NCBI GenBank assembly: GCA_947584595.1
Contig: CANPWP010000005.1
Location: 4,350-68,349 of the forward strand
Source: an uncultured Clostridia bacterium
GTDB lineage: Bacteria > Bacillota > Clostridia > Oscillospirales > Acutalibacteraceae
Reading direction: 5' to 3'
DNA: 64,000 nt
The notes below the pieces were generated by a model, which was given only the letters and a program-made list of their open reading frames with translations, searched no databases and was not told the origin of the DNA. Positions 39,152 to 50,260 of this stretch are shown piece by piece. A program made the translations under genes and the position numbers. How positions within the stretch are numbered: the stretch's first letter is position 1; each line of letters starts with the position of its first letter.

Positions 39152-39574
39152 TTACAGTGTTGCTTTTATTTCTTCATAGAGCTTTGGCAGTCTTTTTTTA
39201 AGATTTATCGGACGAAAAGTATCTTTATCAATAAATCCGTGTTCCGTTACACCGTAGGCAAGCTCTGTTTCCGTCTTATCTTCATTAATTCTTTTTACAG
39301 TATAGCTAAAGGAAATTCTTGCAGCCGACAGTGTCATAACCTTTGTTCTGATTATGAGGTTATCCTCGTATTTTGCCGGTCTTATAAACTTACAATTTAA
39401 GTCTGTCAGGGGCATTATAATTCCCCTTTCTTCAATTTCCGTATACGATATACCGTACATTTTTATATAATCTGTTCTGCCTGCTTCAAACCATATTGGG
39501 TAACAGCTGTGGTGGGCTACTCCCATTCTGTCTGTTTCTGCATAACGGACTGTTACTATCGTTCTTGAATGCAT
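39152..39574 (-). CDS. YbgC/4-HBT family acyl-CoA thioesterase
   Basis: VRYAETDRMGVAHHSCYPIWFEAGR hot-dog-fold motif. Confidence 0.88.
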   Translation of the reverse strand: MHSRTIVTVRYAETDRMGVAHHSCYPIWFEAGRTDYIKMYGISYTEIEERGIIMPLTDLNCKFIRPAKYEDNLIIRTKVMTLSAARISFSYTVKRINEDKTETELAYGVTEHGFIDKDTFRPINLKKRLPKLYEEIKATL

Positions 39575-39591
39575 AATTTCACACCCTTATA

Positions 39592-41625
<2,034 letters not shown>

Positions 41626-41666
41626 TTAATTACGTTACGGTAATTATATTAGTAACTATTGTAATT

Positions 41667-41984
41667 TTATTTTTTCAAGTTTTTATTTTCTTTCTTAAAC
41701 CCCGTAAAATAAGGAATAAGAATAAATCCTAAAACTGCCGCAAAAAAGCTTATTATTAAAAGGGGAATTATATTAAAGGCAGTCATTACCATAAGAATTG
41801 ATACATTTATTAAAATTGCAAATATTATCACTATTGACCACAGTACAGCCGTTCCCGGCAATTTTTCAACATTAAAATTTTTATTGCAATGATAACATTT
41901 ATGTGTTTTTTCCTTTGATATTTGTTTTACTTCCTTATAATGATAAACTGCGTTGCAATAAGGACAAACAGGTAATTGAAACAT
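41667..41984 (-). CDS. CxxC-19-CxxC zinc-ribbon membrane protein (short)
   Basis: CPYC...CYHC followed by two TMs. Confidence 0.7.
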   Translation of the reverse strand: MFQLPVCPYCNAVYHYKEVKQISKEKTHKCYHCNKNFNVEKLPGTAVLWSIVIIFAILINVSILMVMTAFNIIPLLIISFFAAVLGFILIPYFTGFKKENKNLKK

Positions 41985-41995
41985 TATTTAACCTC

Positions 41996-42766
41996 TTAAA
42001 ATCTTCTGTTAGCCGAATATTTTAAGCCTTCTTGCTTTTTTCTTTTTTCATTGGTTTCGGCTTTTTTATTTTCACTGAAATTTATTTCATCAATATCTTC
42101 AGATATATTTTCCGAATATAAAGGTTTTTCCTTATGAATTTTGTGAAGAGGTACGTTTTCTGATGAAGATATATGAGAAACTTTGCTATTTTCAATAATC
42201 GGAACGTACTCTTCACTGTCTGTTTTATTAGTATCAATTATCGGCTGAAACCCTGTAGTTGGCTTTGAACCGCTTAAAACCGGTTTTTTTCTGTTTGATT
42301 TAATTGATGTAAAAATATCTTCATTTATTGAAAAATTCTTTTCTGTTTCAAAAACAGGAGTACTTATATTTGGTTCTTCATTGTTAATATTATTACCAAT
42401 ATTTTTCTTAAATTTCATTTCTCCGCCGTATTCTCTTGCGGCCTTTGCGGCTTCCATCGATTTTTTATATTTTTTAAGAGGATATATCTTTTCAAACTTA
42501 GGAGTGCAAAAATAAAAAATTATAAGAGGAACAGCAACAAGTAAAACGCCTATAGGATTATTTGCAAAACCCAGTCCGACCCAAACTGTAAAAATTACGG
42601 CCGATACGGCAACAGCCAGCAAAAAATAAAGATAAATGCTTTTTTTTATGATGATTTTAGATTCTTTTCCGCATCTCCTGCAAATATGTTCACTTTGTTT
42701 TCTTTCACTAAAAATCGTTAAGTAAGAGACTCTCTTACCGCAGTAAGGGCATTTTTTTGCTTTCAT
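41996..42766 (-). CDS. CxxC-19-CxxC zinc-ribbon membrane protein with low-complexity tail
   Basis: CPYC...CRRC, two TMs, long N/E/K-rich tail. Confidence 0.75.
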   Translation of the reverse strand: MKAKKCPYCGKRVSYLTIFSERKQSEHICRRCGKESKIIIKKSIYLYFLLAVAVSAVIFTVWVGLGFANNPIGVLLVAVPLIIFYFCTPKFEKIYPLKKYKKSMEAAKAAREYGGEMKFKKNIGNNINNEEPNISTPVFETEKNFSINEDIFTSIKSNRKKPVLSGSKPTTGFQPIIDTNKTDSEEYVPIIENSKVSHISSSENVPLHKIHKEKPLYSENISEDIDEINFSENKKAETNEKRKKQEGLKYSANRRF

Positions 42767-42773
42767 AATCGTA

Positions 42774-43034
42774 TCATTCCTTTAGCGAGTTGTCTTTTCG
42801 TTTCTGCAATGTCTGGCTTGAAATTTGGCTTATATAAACCTTTATTCCGTCTGTTTTCCTACAAACTACAAAAGATTTCGGAAGTTCCATTGAAACGTTT
42901 ATTACCCTGCCTGATTTTTCAGCTTTTGCAAGGTAATCTCTTGTATTTTTAGAAATTGTTGAGGTATCCATATCAAAAATACCCACAATATTTTTAGTTT
43001 TTATTACAGTATTTTTTCCTAAATGTAAATACAT
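42774..43034 (-). CDS. remB: DUF370 / RemB family protein
   Basis: MYLHLG...IVGIFD...KSFVV...YISQISSQTL; conserved position after recF. Confidence 0.88.
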   Translation of the reverse strand: MYLHLGKNTVIKTKNIVGIFDMDTSTISKNTRDYLAKAEKSGRVINVSMELPKSFVVCRKTDGIKVYISQISSQTLQKRKDNSLKE

Positions 43035-44131
43035 CAGATAATTTTTCCATTTTCTACTTTAAAAATTTTTCCATTTTTAAGCTGTTCTTTGTTTGATTTT
43101 TCACAGCAGGTTATAAAAACCTGATAATCTTCAATTTTGTTGAGTAAAAATTCCTGCCTTGAATTATCGAGTTCGGAAAGCACGTCATCAAGGAGAATTA
43201 TAGGTTTTTCACCTGTTCTCTTTGTTAAAATTTCCGCCTCAGCCAGCTTCATTGAAAGTACGGCGCTTCTCTGCTGACCCTGAGAAGCAAAAACCTTTGC
43301 TTTTTTTGAATTTATTATTATATCAATGTCATCACGGTGAGGACCTACATTTGTGCATCCTGTGTTAAAATCCTCACTGCGGCATTTTATAATTGTTTTT
43401 TTTAATTTTTTTGCAATTTCTTTTTCTTCATCTTCGGGAGTAATTTCTGCATTTGAACAGTAGGAAAAATCTAAAGTCTCGCTGTTTTGAGATATTCCCT
43501 TATGATATTCTCCTGCAAATTCGGTAAGCTGTTTTAAAAATTTAATACGCTGAAAAATTATCGAAGCGCCGAGCAAACACAGGGCGTCGTCCCAAATTTC
43601 AAGAGTTTCTTTCAGCTCTGAATGTTTGATAATATCTTTTAAAAGTGAATTTCTTTGATTTAAGGTTTTATTATATTTTGAAATTATTATTGCATTTTTA
43701 AGTTTTTCTCTGCATATTGCACTGTCTATAAAATTTCTCCTTAATGACGGACCTCTTTTTATTAAGGTTAAATGCTCGGGAGAAAACACAACTGCATTAT
43801 ATTTTTCAATTAACGCCGAACTGCTTTTTTTCGGAACATCATTGATTTTTACTTCTTTTCTTCCGCTTACAATTTTTATTTCTGCATTCTGTTCTCTTTC
43901 AAATGAGTAAAATGATGATTTTAAATTTGCATATTTTTTTTCAAATGCGACAAGCTCGTTATCCTTAGAACCTCTGAAAGAATGACCTCCGCAAAAAAGC
44001 CACAAGGCTTCAAGCAGATTAGTTTTTCCCTGGGCATTTTCTCCGTAAATTACGTTTACGCCTTCGCAGGGTTTAATAAATCCGTTTTCAAGATTACGGT
44101 AATTTTCAAGCTGAAGCCCAAGAACCTTCAA
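43034..44131 (-). CDS. recF: DNA replication/repair protein RecF
   Basis: GENAQGKTN, GPHRDD, SQGQQR, LLDDVLSELD; start moved to TTG 44131 (SD GAGGA). Confidence 0.96.
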   Translation of the reverse strand: MKVLGLQLENYRNLENGFIKPCEGVNVIYGENAQGKTNLLEALWLFCGGHSFRGSKDNELVAFEKKYANLKSSFYSFEREQNAEIKIVSGRKEVKINDVPKKSSSALIEKYNAVVFSPEHLTLIKRGPSLRRNFIDSAICREKLKNAIIISKYNKTLNQRNSLLKDIIKHSELKETLEIWDDALCLLGASIIFQRIKFLKQLTEFAGEYHKGISQNSETLDFSYCSNAEITPEDEEKEIAKKLKKTIIKCRSEDFNTGCTNVGPHRDDIDIIINSKKAKVFASQGQQRSAVLSMKLAEAEILTKRTGEKPIILLDDVLSELDNSRQEFLLNKIEDYQVFITCCEKSNKEQLKNGKIFKVENGKII

Positions 44132-44179
44132 AAAACTGCATCCTCTCAAAAGTTTTAAACGCAATCGGATAATCTGAAA

Positions 44180-44389
44180 TTAAACGACCTGTATAAGATT
44201 ATTTTCAAATTCTGCAATATCGCCTTTTCTCATTTTTTTGCCTCTCATTGTACAAACTTCTCCGTTTACTTTAACCTCGCCGTTTTGCACAATAATTTTG
44301 GCATGTCCGCCTGTTTCGGCAATTCCCGAAAGCTTTAAAAGACTGTCAAGGCGGATAAAGTCTTCTTTTATTTCAATTTTCTTATTCAT
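44180..44389 (-). CDS. yaaA: S4-domain RNA-binding protein YaaA
   Basis: FIRLDSLLK...GGHAK...VKVNGEVCTMRGKK; located between dnaN and recF. Confidence 0.93.
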   Translation of the reverse strand: MNKKIEIKEDFIRLDSLLKLSGIAETGGHAKIIVQNGEVKVNGEVCTMRGKKMRKGDIAEFENNLIQVV

Positions 44390-45485
44390 TTGAAAGCCTC
44401 ATCGGAACTACAAGACAAATAAAACTTTCTCCCTTGACAGGCTTTATTATCATTGGGGAAAGTCCGCCGTTTAAATAAAGTTTTACTTCGTCTGTTTCAC
44501 TGTTTTTAAGTGCTTCTAATAAATATTTGTTGTTAAAGCCGATTTCAACCTCTTCGCCGATAATCGGAACTGAAACTGAATCATCTGCTCTTCCCACAGA
44601 TGTCGAACAAAGTAATTTTATTTCATCATTTGCCATCGTACATCTTACGGGACTTTGAATTTTTTCGCTGTTAAGAATTGATACACGCTCAACTGCTTCA
44701 ATTAAAAGTCTTGAATTTATGACAATTTCTGTTTTTGATTCTGTAGGAATTGTTGTTTTGTAATCAAGGAACGTGCCCTCAATAAGTCTTGATATTATTG
44801 AATAATTTTTAATTTTGAACATAATATGGCGCTGTCCGACAACAACCTCAACATTGTCTTCATCATCTGTGATGAGCTTTAAAACCTCCTGCTGGGTCTT
44901 TCCCGGAACAACAAACTTACTGCTGCTGCCGCAGTTTACAACTTCTTCTCTTATTGCCATTCTGTAGCCGTCTACTGCAACGATTTTAAAACTGTTTTCT
45001 TCAAGTTCAAAAAGAGAACCTGTATAGATAGGCTTTGCTTTATTATCGGAAACTGCATAAACGGTTTGTCTTATCATCTCTTTTAATATTTTTGCCTGTA
45101 TCGTAAAATTATCTGTACTTTCAAACACAGGCAGATCCGGATATTCAACTGATGACATTCCAATGATTTGGAAATTGGATTGTCCGCTTTTTATATATGT
45201 GACCATTCTTTCGTCAGTTTCTATGCATACTATTTCTTCGGGAAGACGTCTTACTATATCGGAAAAAAGTCTTGCTCCGACAACAATTTCTCCTTGTTCC
45301 TGAATCGTTGCTTCCACATCTGTTGTAATACCAATTTCAAGGTCATAACCTGAGATGTTGATTTTTTCTCCGTACGCTTTTATTAAAATTCCTTCAAGTG
45401 CAGGTATTGATGATTTTGCCGATACGGCTCTTGAAACATTTAAAACTGCATTTGAAAGATCTGTTTTTAAACAATTAAATTTCAA
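44382..45485 (-). CDS. dnaN: DNA polymerase III beta clamp
   Basis: IVAVDGYRMA, GFNNKYL, LVVPMR. Likely start is TTG 45485 (gives MKF..., SD AAGGA at 8 nt); the ATG at 45494 abuts the SD. Confidence 0.97.
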   Translation of the reverse strand: MKFNCLKTDLSNAVLNVSRAVSAKSSIPALEGILIKAYGEKINISGYDLEIGITTDVEATIQEQGEIVVGARLFSDIVRRLPEEIVCIETDERMVTYIKSGQSNFQIIGMSSVEYPDLPVFESTDNFTIQAKILKEMIRQTVYAVSDNKAKPIYTGSLFELEENSFKIVAVDGYRMAIREEVVNCGSSSKFVVPGKTQQEVLKLITDDEDNVEVVVGQRHIMFKIKNYSIISRLIEGTFLDYKTTIPTESKTEIVINSRLLIEAVERVSILNSEKIQSPVRCTMANDEIKLLCSTSVGRADDSVSVPIIGEEVEIGFNNKYLLEALKNSETDEVKLYLNGGLSPMIIKPVKGESFICLVVPMRLSNE

Positions 45486-45494
45486 TTTTTTCAT

Positions 45495-45813
45495 CCTTTC
45501 TTATCTTATCTTTTAATTATTATTTAGTAGTAGTAGTAGGGAGTGTTGAATTGTTTAATATTTTTAGAAATTTAGTAAATATGCAGGAATTTCCATAAAC
45601 ATAAAAATTATGTTGAATGTTTAAAAATATTTAATAATTGGGACAAGCAGAAAGTTGTCAACATTGATGTTAATTTATGTTTGTGGAATGTTATTGAAAA
45701 TGTTAAATAAATATGAGGGTTTTGCGGTCACAGACCGCAACAAAGGGCTGCTTGCCCTTTGATCCCCGTAAGCTTTTTCAAAAGCTCGACCAAAACTTTT
45801 AATTTTCTTAAAA
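45495..45813. other. oriC unwinding region (dnaA-dnaN intergenic)
   Basis: (TAG)x5 DnaA-trios at 45525-45539, a 4-nt GC-rich linker, a box-position 9-mer at 45544-45552, and an AT-rich stretch toward dnaN. Confidence 0.88.
45719..45800 (-). repeat. family B three-hairpin element
   Basis: Reverse complement aligns with 55117-55200. Confidence 0.85.
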
Positions 45814-47139
45814 CTATCTGTCCCTGATATTTTTTATTATATCTTCTACTATTTCTTTTGTTTTCGGGTTTGTTTTAATTAGCTTTTCAACCTTCTGAGT
45901 TGTATAAATAATGGTAGAATAATGGCGGTTGCCGAATTCTTCACCGATAGCTTCCATTGAAAGAGGGGTTAAAGAACGGACTATATATATTGCAATTTGT
46001 CTTGCATTGCTGATTTTTGCACTTCTGTTCTTTTGTGAACGGATTTCTTCAGAAGTAACTCCGAACGTTCTTGCAACCTCTTCTATAATTTTCTCAACAG
46101 TTAACTCCGGAGGAGCTTCGTTGTTTAAAATATCGGAAATTATTTCCTGAACGGAATTAATGGTTGGTTTTTCATTGTTAAGCAGATATCTCGCTTTTAA
46201 TTTTTTTACTACTCCTTCAAGCTGTCTGATGTTTGTTTTTAACTTGCTTGCAATAAGCTCGCAGACATCGTTTGGAATTTCAAAGTTTGAATATTCTGCT
46301 TTTCTTTTTATAATAGCAATTCTCGTTTCAATTTCCGGAGGCTGTATATCTGCAATAAGACCTGATTCAAAACGTGAACGGAGCCTGTCCTCAAGAGTTT
46401 TAATTTCTTTTGGAGGTCTGTCCGATGTTAAAACTATCTGCTTGTGAGCGTCTTTAAGAGCGTCGAATGTATGGAAAAATTCCTCCTGAGTACTTACCTT
46501 GCCGCCGATAAACTGAACATCGTCTACCAGAAGTATATCTGTATATCTGTATTTTTGTCTGAATTCGGTCATCTGGCCTTTTCCTAAACACTCTATAAGT
46601 TCATTTGTAAAATCATCGCCTTTTATGTAGCAAATCGACATTTCGGGAAAATTCTTTTTAATTTCATTGCTTATAGCATAAAGAAGATGAGTTTTTCCAA
46701 GCCCTGAGTTACCGTATAAAAATAAAGGATTATAAGGACCTGCGGGTTTTGCCGCAACAGCAACAGATGCGGCGTGGGCGAATTTATTTGAAGAACCTAC
46801 AATAAATGTATCGAAGGTATATTCATAATCTTTGTCCGCAGTTTTTTCGTTGCTGTCAATAAATTTATTCTCTTCCTCCTGAATGTCTTCGGGAATATTA
46901 AAAATAATTGTAAAAGATTTTCCGAAAACAGCAGAAAATGCCTCATCAAGAAGCGGCATATAGCAAAGAGTTAAGGTTTGTTTATGAAAATCATTAGGTA
47001 CAAGCAAAACAGCTTCGTCTTTGTTAAAATCCAGATTTACAGGTTTTATTCTGCTTATCCATGTTTTATAAGCAACATCGGTAATTTTAGACTTACAATA
47101 GTCGCATATAACGTTCCACGCTTCTGTAAACGACTCCAT
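45814..47139 (-). CDS. dnaA: chromosomal replication initiator DnaA
   Basis: YNPLFLYGNSGLGKTHL, LLVDDVQF, TQEEFFHTF, RLRSRFESG, NIRQLEG; domain IV signature is divergent. Confidence 0.97.
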   Translation of the reverse strand: MESFTEAWNVICDYCKSKITDVAYKTWISRIKPVNLDFNKDEAVLLVPNDFHKQTLTLCYMPLLDEAFSAVFGKSFTIIFNIPEDIQEEENKFIDSNEKTADKDYEYTFDTFIVGSSNKFAHAASVAVAAKPAGPYNPLFLYGNSGLGKTHLLYAISNEIKKNFPEMSICYIKGDDFTNELIECLGKGQMTEFRQKYRYTDILLVDDVQFIGGKVSTQEEFFHTFDALKDAHKQIVLTSDRPPKEIKTLEDRLRSRFESGLIADIQPPEIETRIAIIKRKAEYSNFEIPNDVCELIASKLKTNIRQLEGVVKKLKARYLLNNEKPTINSVQEIISDILNNEAPPELTVEKIIEEVARTFGVTSEEIRSQKNRSAKISNARQIAIYIVRSLTPLSMEAIGEEFGNRHYSTIIYTTQKVEKLIKTNPKTKEIVEDIIKNIRDR

Positions 47140-47224
47140 TTTTTTCCGCCTTTCAAAATTCTAAATATATAAAAATTATTTGATGATTTATAAATGTACA
47201 TATCACTCCATTATTACATATTAC

Positions 47225-47253
47225 ATTATAGCAAGAAATTAACAAAAAAGCAA
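47225..47253 (-). promoter_or_regulatory. sigma-A promoter of dnaA
   Basis: TTGCTT-17-TATAAT with an extended TG. Confidence 0.75.
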
Positions 47254-47403
47254 ATATAAAATTATGATATAAATATATAATCTAAAAGTATTTTAAAACT
47301 TATATATGCAGAAAGAAAAATGTATATAAATGGTATTATAAAAACAGTAAAATACAATATATTGTGTAAATAAAGTTTATAGAATAAAAATTAAAAATTT
47401 TAG

Positions 47404-47432
47404 TTGACGAGAGCTGAAAATTAAGATATAAT
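47404..47432 (+). promoter_or_regulatory. sigma-A promoter of rpmH
   Basis: TTGACG-17-TATAAT. Confidence 0.85.
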
Positions 47433-47473
47433 GCTATATTGCAAGGTTATATATCCGAAAGGAGGGGTTTTAA

Positions 47474-47608
47474 ATGCTGAGAACATATCAGCCTAAAAAG
47501 CTTCACAGAAAAAAAGAGCATGGCTTCAGAAAAAGAATGTCAACAACTAACGGACAGAAAGTTTTAGCAAGAAGAAGAGCTAAAGGTAGAAAAAGGTTGT
47601 CTTATTAA
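47474..47608 (+). CDS. rpmH: 50S ribosomal protein L34
   Basis: [44 protein letters not shown]; SD AAGGAGG. Not in the ORF track. Confidence 0.98.
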   Translation: MLRTYQPKKLHRKKEHGFRKRMSTTNGQKVLARRRAKGRKRLSY

Positions 47609-47612
47609 AATG

Positions 47613-47643
47613 AAGACCACTCGATTTAGTGGTCTTTCTTTTA
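47613..47643 (+). terminator. hairpin/terminator after rpmH
   Basis: AAGACCACT/AGTGGTCTT plus T-rich tail. Confidence 0.7.
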
Positions 47644-47692
47644 TATAATGTGAACATTATTACTTGAACAATATTACTGTCAGGTGGTTTAA

Positions 47693-48025
47693 ATGAGTGA
47701 TTATATCACTTTAAAAGAAAACAGAGATTTTTCAAGGCTTTATCATAAAGGAAAGTGCTTTGTAAGTCCTGTTTTAGTTACTTATATTATGAAAAATAAA
47801 TCAAATAACCTGCGTTTTGGAATAACCACCGGCAAGAAAACAGGGAATGCAGTTAAGAGATCAAGGTCAAGAAGAATTATCAGAGCGGCTTATTATGAAC
47901 TTTACGGCAATATTAAGCCGGGATATGATTTTGTATTTGTTGCAAGAGGTAAGACGCCCTTTGTAAAAAGCAGTGATATCAAAGAAGCTATGAAAAAGGC
48001 TTTTTCAGAAGCCGGTTTATTATGA
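47693..48025 (+). CDS. rnpA: RNase P protein component
   Basis: [27 protein letters not shown]. Confidence 0.95.
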   Translation: MSDYITLKENRDFSRLYHKGKCFVSPVLVTYIMKNKSNNLRFGITTGKKTGNAVKRSRSRRIIRAAYYELYGNIKPGYDFVFVARGKTPFVKSSDIKEAMKKAFSEAGLL

Positions 48026-48261
48026 AAAAAGTATTACTTTTACTTATCAGGTTTTATCAGACTGCAATTTCCACGCATACAACAGCTAAATGTAAGTACT
48101 ATCCTACTTGCTCAAATTATGGTTTGGAAGCTATTGAAAGATTCGGAGCCGTTAAGGGTTTGGCTCTGACTGTTTGGAGAATTTTACGATGTAATCCTTT
48201 TTCTAAGGGTGGTTATGACCCTGTTCCCGAGAAAAAAGAAAAAGGAATAAAGAAAAAGTGA
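48022..48261 (+). CDS. yidD: membrane protein insertion efficiency factor
   Basis: [11 protein letters not shown]...[17 protein letters not shown]. Confidence 0.95.
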   Translation: MKKVLLLLIRFYQTAISTHTTAKCKYYPTCSNYGLEAIERFGAVKGLALTVWRILRCNPFSKGGYDPVPEKKEKGIKKK

Positions 48262-48274
48262 GGTAACCCTATTT

Positions 48275-49255
48275 ATGCAAATATTTGGATTTTTTGGCAG
48301 TATTTTGGGCTATATTTTATGGGCGGCATGGTATATTGTAAGAAATTTCGGCATTGCCATAATTATTTTTACAATTTTTATAAAATTAATTTTATTTCCT
48401 TTTACGGTTAAACAGCAGAAAACAATGGCTAAAAATGCCCGACTGCAAAAAAAACAGCTGGAAATAAGAGAAAAATACGCTAATAACAGACAAAAACAGC
48501 AGGAAGAATTACAAAAACTATATGAGCGTGAAAATATGAGTATGACAGGCGGCTGTCTGACAAGCATTATTCCTATGCTCATAATGTTGGGAATCATATA
48601 CAGTGTTGCTTTTCCTCTTACAAATACACTGCATATTGATGCAGGCAGAGTAAGCCAGCTTTCTTCTTATGTTAATACAATTCCAGGACATACTTCCTTA
48701 GGCAATTCATTTTATGCTGAAATAGACCTTTTAAGAGTATTTCCAAGCATTGCAAATACAAGCTTTATAACAGGATTGTTCACTCCTGCGGAAATTCAGA
48801 ATATTATTGATTTCGGCGGAAGCTTTAATCTGTTTGGATTTGACCTTTTGACGTCACCAAACAGCTTCGGAATATTTTCTGTTTATATATTAATTCCCGT
48901 TTTATGTTTTTTAACATCCGTTATTACGCAGGTTATAACAATGAGAATAAACGGTACCCAGCAAATGCAACAGGGATGTATGAAAATTATGATTTATGTT
49001 CTTCCGTTGTTCTCTGCATGGATTGCGTATACAGTTCCTGCGGCAGTAGGTTTTTACTGGATTATGTCTTATGTAATTCAGCTGTTACAAAGCATAGTGC
49101 TTGCAAAATTTTATAACCCCGTCAGCATTACCGCAAAAAGTGAAGCTCAGCATATTGCTTTGCTTGAAATGCAAGAAGCAAAAATTCCAAGAATTTATGC
49201 CCCTTCTTCAATAAACAAGGGAAGTAACAAAAATAATAAAAACAAAAAGAAATAA
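48275..49255 (+). CDS. yidC: YidC/Oxa1 membrane insertase
   Basis: NFGIAIIIFTIFIKLILFP, GGCL, PAAVGFYW; conserved synteny. Confidence 0.93.
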   Translation: MQIFGFFGSILGYILWAAWYIVRNFGIAIIIFTIFIKLILFPFTVKQQKTMAKNARLQKKQLEIREKYANNRQKQQEELQKLYERENMSMTGGCLTSIIPMLIMLGIIYSVAFPLTNTLHIDAGRVSQLSSYVNTIPGHTSLGNSFYAEIDLLRVFPSIANTSFITGLFTPAEIQNIIDFGGSFNLFGFDLLTSPNSFGIFSVYILIPVLCFLTSVITQVITMRINGTQQMQQGCMKIMIYVLPLFSAWIAYTVPAAVGFYWIMSYVIQLLQSIVLAKFYNPVSITAKSEAQHIALLEMQEAKIPRIYAPSSINKGSNKNNKNKKK

Positions 49256-49280
49256 TATGTAAGAGTCAGAAGGTGTAATT

Positions 49281-50072
49281 TTGATTAAAGAAGTTATCGG
49301 TGTAGGAAACACTGAAATGGAGGCATTAAGCGATGCAAAAAAACAGTTAGGCATTGCTGATGATGAAGATGTTAATTTTGAAGTAGTTCAAAGACCTGAA
49401 AAGAAAAAATTCGGTCTTTTCGGAGGAAATCCGGCTAAGGTTAAGGCATGGATCAATATTTCCCCTGCTAAGACGGCAGAAGAATTTTTAAAAAATATTC
49501 TTAATGCAATGAATCTTAAAGAGCTTACCGTTAAAGCTGAAGAAAATGAAAAAGGAGTAAACTTTAAAATTGAAGGCGAAGATGTCGGATATGTTATAGG
49601 CAGAAGAGGTGAAACCCTTGATGCGTTACAATATTTAACAAGTCTTGCAGTAAACCATAAGTCTGATGACGATTATTTTAAAGTTACCGTTGATACAGGA
49701 AATTACCGTGAAAAAAGAGAAAAAACTCTTGAAATTTTAGGCAGAAAAGTAGCCTTTAAGGTTGCAAAAACAGGCAAAAAGGTTGTACTTGAGCCTATGA
49801 ATCCTTACGAGAGAAGAATTATTCATACAGCTGTTCAGAAGGTAAACGGCGCATATTCCGAAAGTGAAGGAGAAAATGCAAACAGACATGTTGTAATTTT
49901 ACCTGACCCGAAGGCTAAGCCCTATAGAAGAAATAATAATTACAACAAAAACAGAGGCAAAAAGCCTTACGCTAATACAAAACCGCAGGAAGAGCCAAAC
50001 GCAGATGCTCCTAAAAGAGAACCCATTAACGAGGGCGGAGAGTTTGGTCTTTACGGAAGAATAGACAAATAA
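49281..50072 (+). CDS. jag: Jag/EloR (KhpB) RNA-binding protein
   Basis: Jag-N domain, KH motif IGRRGETLDALQY, R3H motif ERRIIH; TTG start. Confidence 0.95.
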   Translation: MIKEVIGVGNTEMEALSDAKKQLGIADDEDVNFEVVQRPEKKKFGLFGGNPAKVKAWINISPAKTAEEFLKNILNAMNLKELTVKAEENEKGVNFKIEGEDVGYVIGRRGETLDALQYLTSLAVNHKSDDDYFKVTVDTGNYREKREKTLEILGRKVAFKVAKTGKKVVLEPMNPYERRIIHTAVQKVNGAYSESEGENANRHVVILPDPKAKPYRRNNNYNKNRGKKPYANTKPQEEPNADAPKREPINEGGEFGLYGRIDK

Positions 50073-50077
50073 TTATC

Positions 50078-50103
50078 GAGGGCGGTTTTACTGCCCTCTT
50101 TTG
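50078..50103 (+). terminator. terminator after jag
   Basis: GAGGGCGG/CTGCCCTC plus T-run. Confidence 0.8.
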
Positions 50104-50129
50104 TGTTTGTAATATATTTTTCATTATCT

Positions 50130-50260
50130 GCGGACAACCGCAAGGGTTGTCCCTGCAATTTTTAACGAAGGTTTCTGCATAATTGTAGGTGCGACCCTTG
50201 CGGTCGCCCAAAAAGCAGAACATAATAAAGACATTGTAGGGGTGGATTCAATATACGCCC
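50130..50260. repeat. cluster of three GTAG-type REP palindromes (one inverted pair)
   Basis: 50130-50157 (-) GCAGGGACAACCCTTGCGGTTGTCCGC; 50185-50209 (+) GTAGGTGCGACCCTTGCGGTCGCCC; 50236-50260 (+) GTAGGGGTGGATTCAATATACGCCC. Confidence 0.75.
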
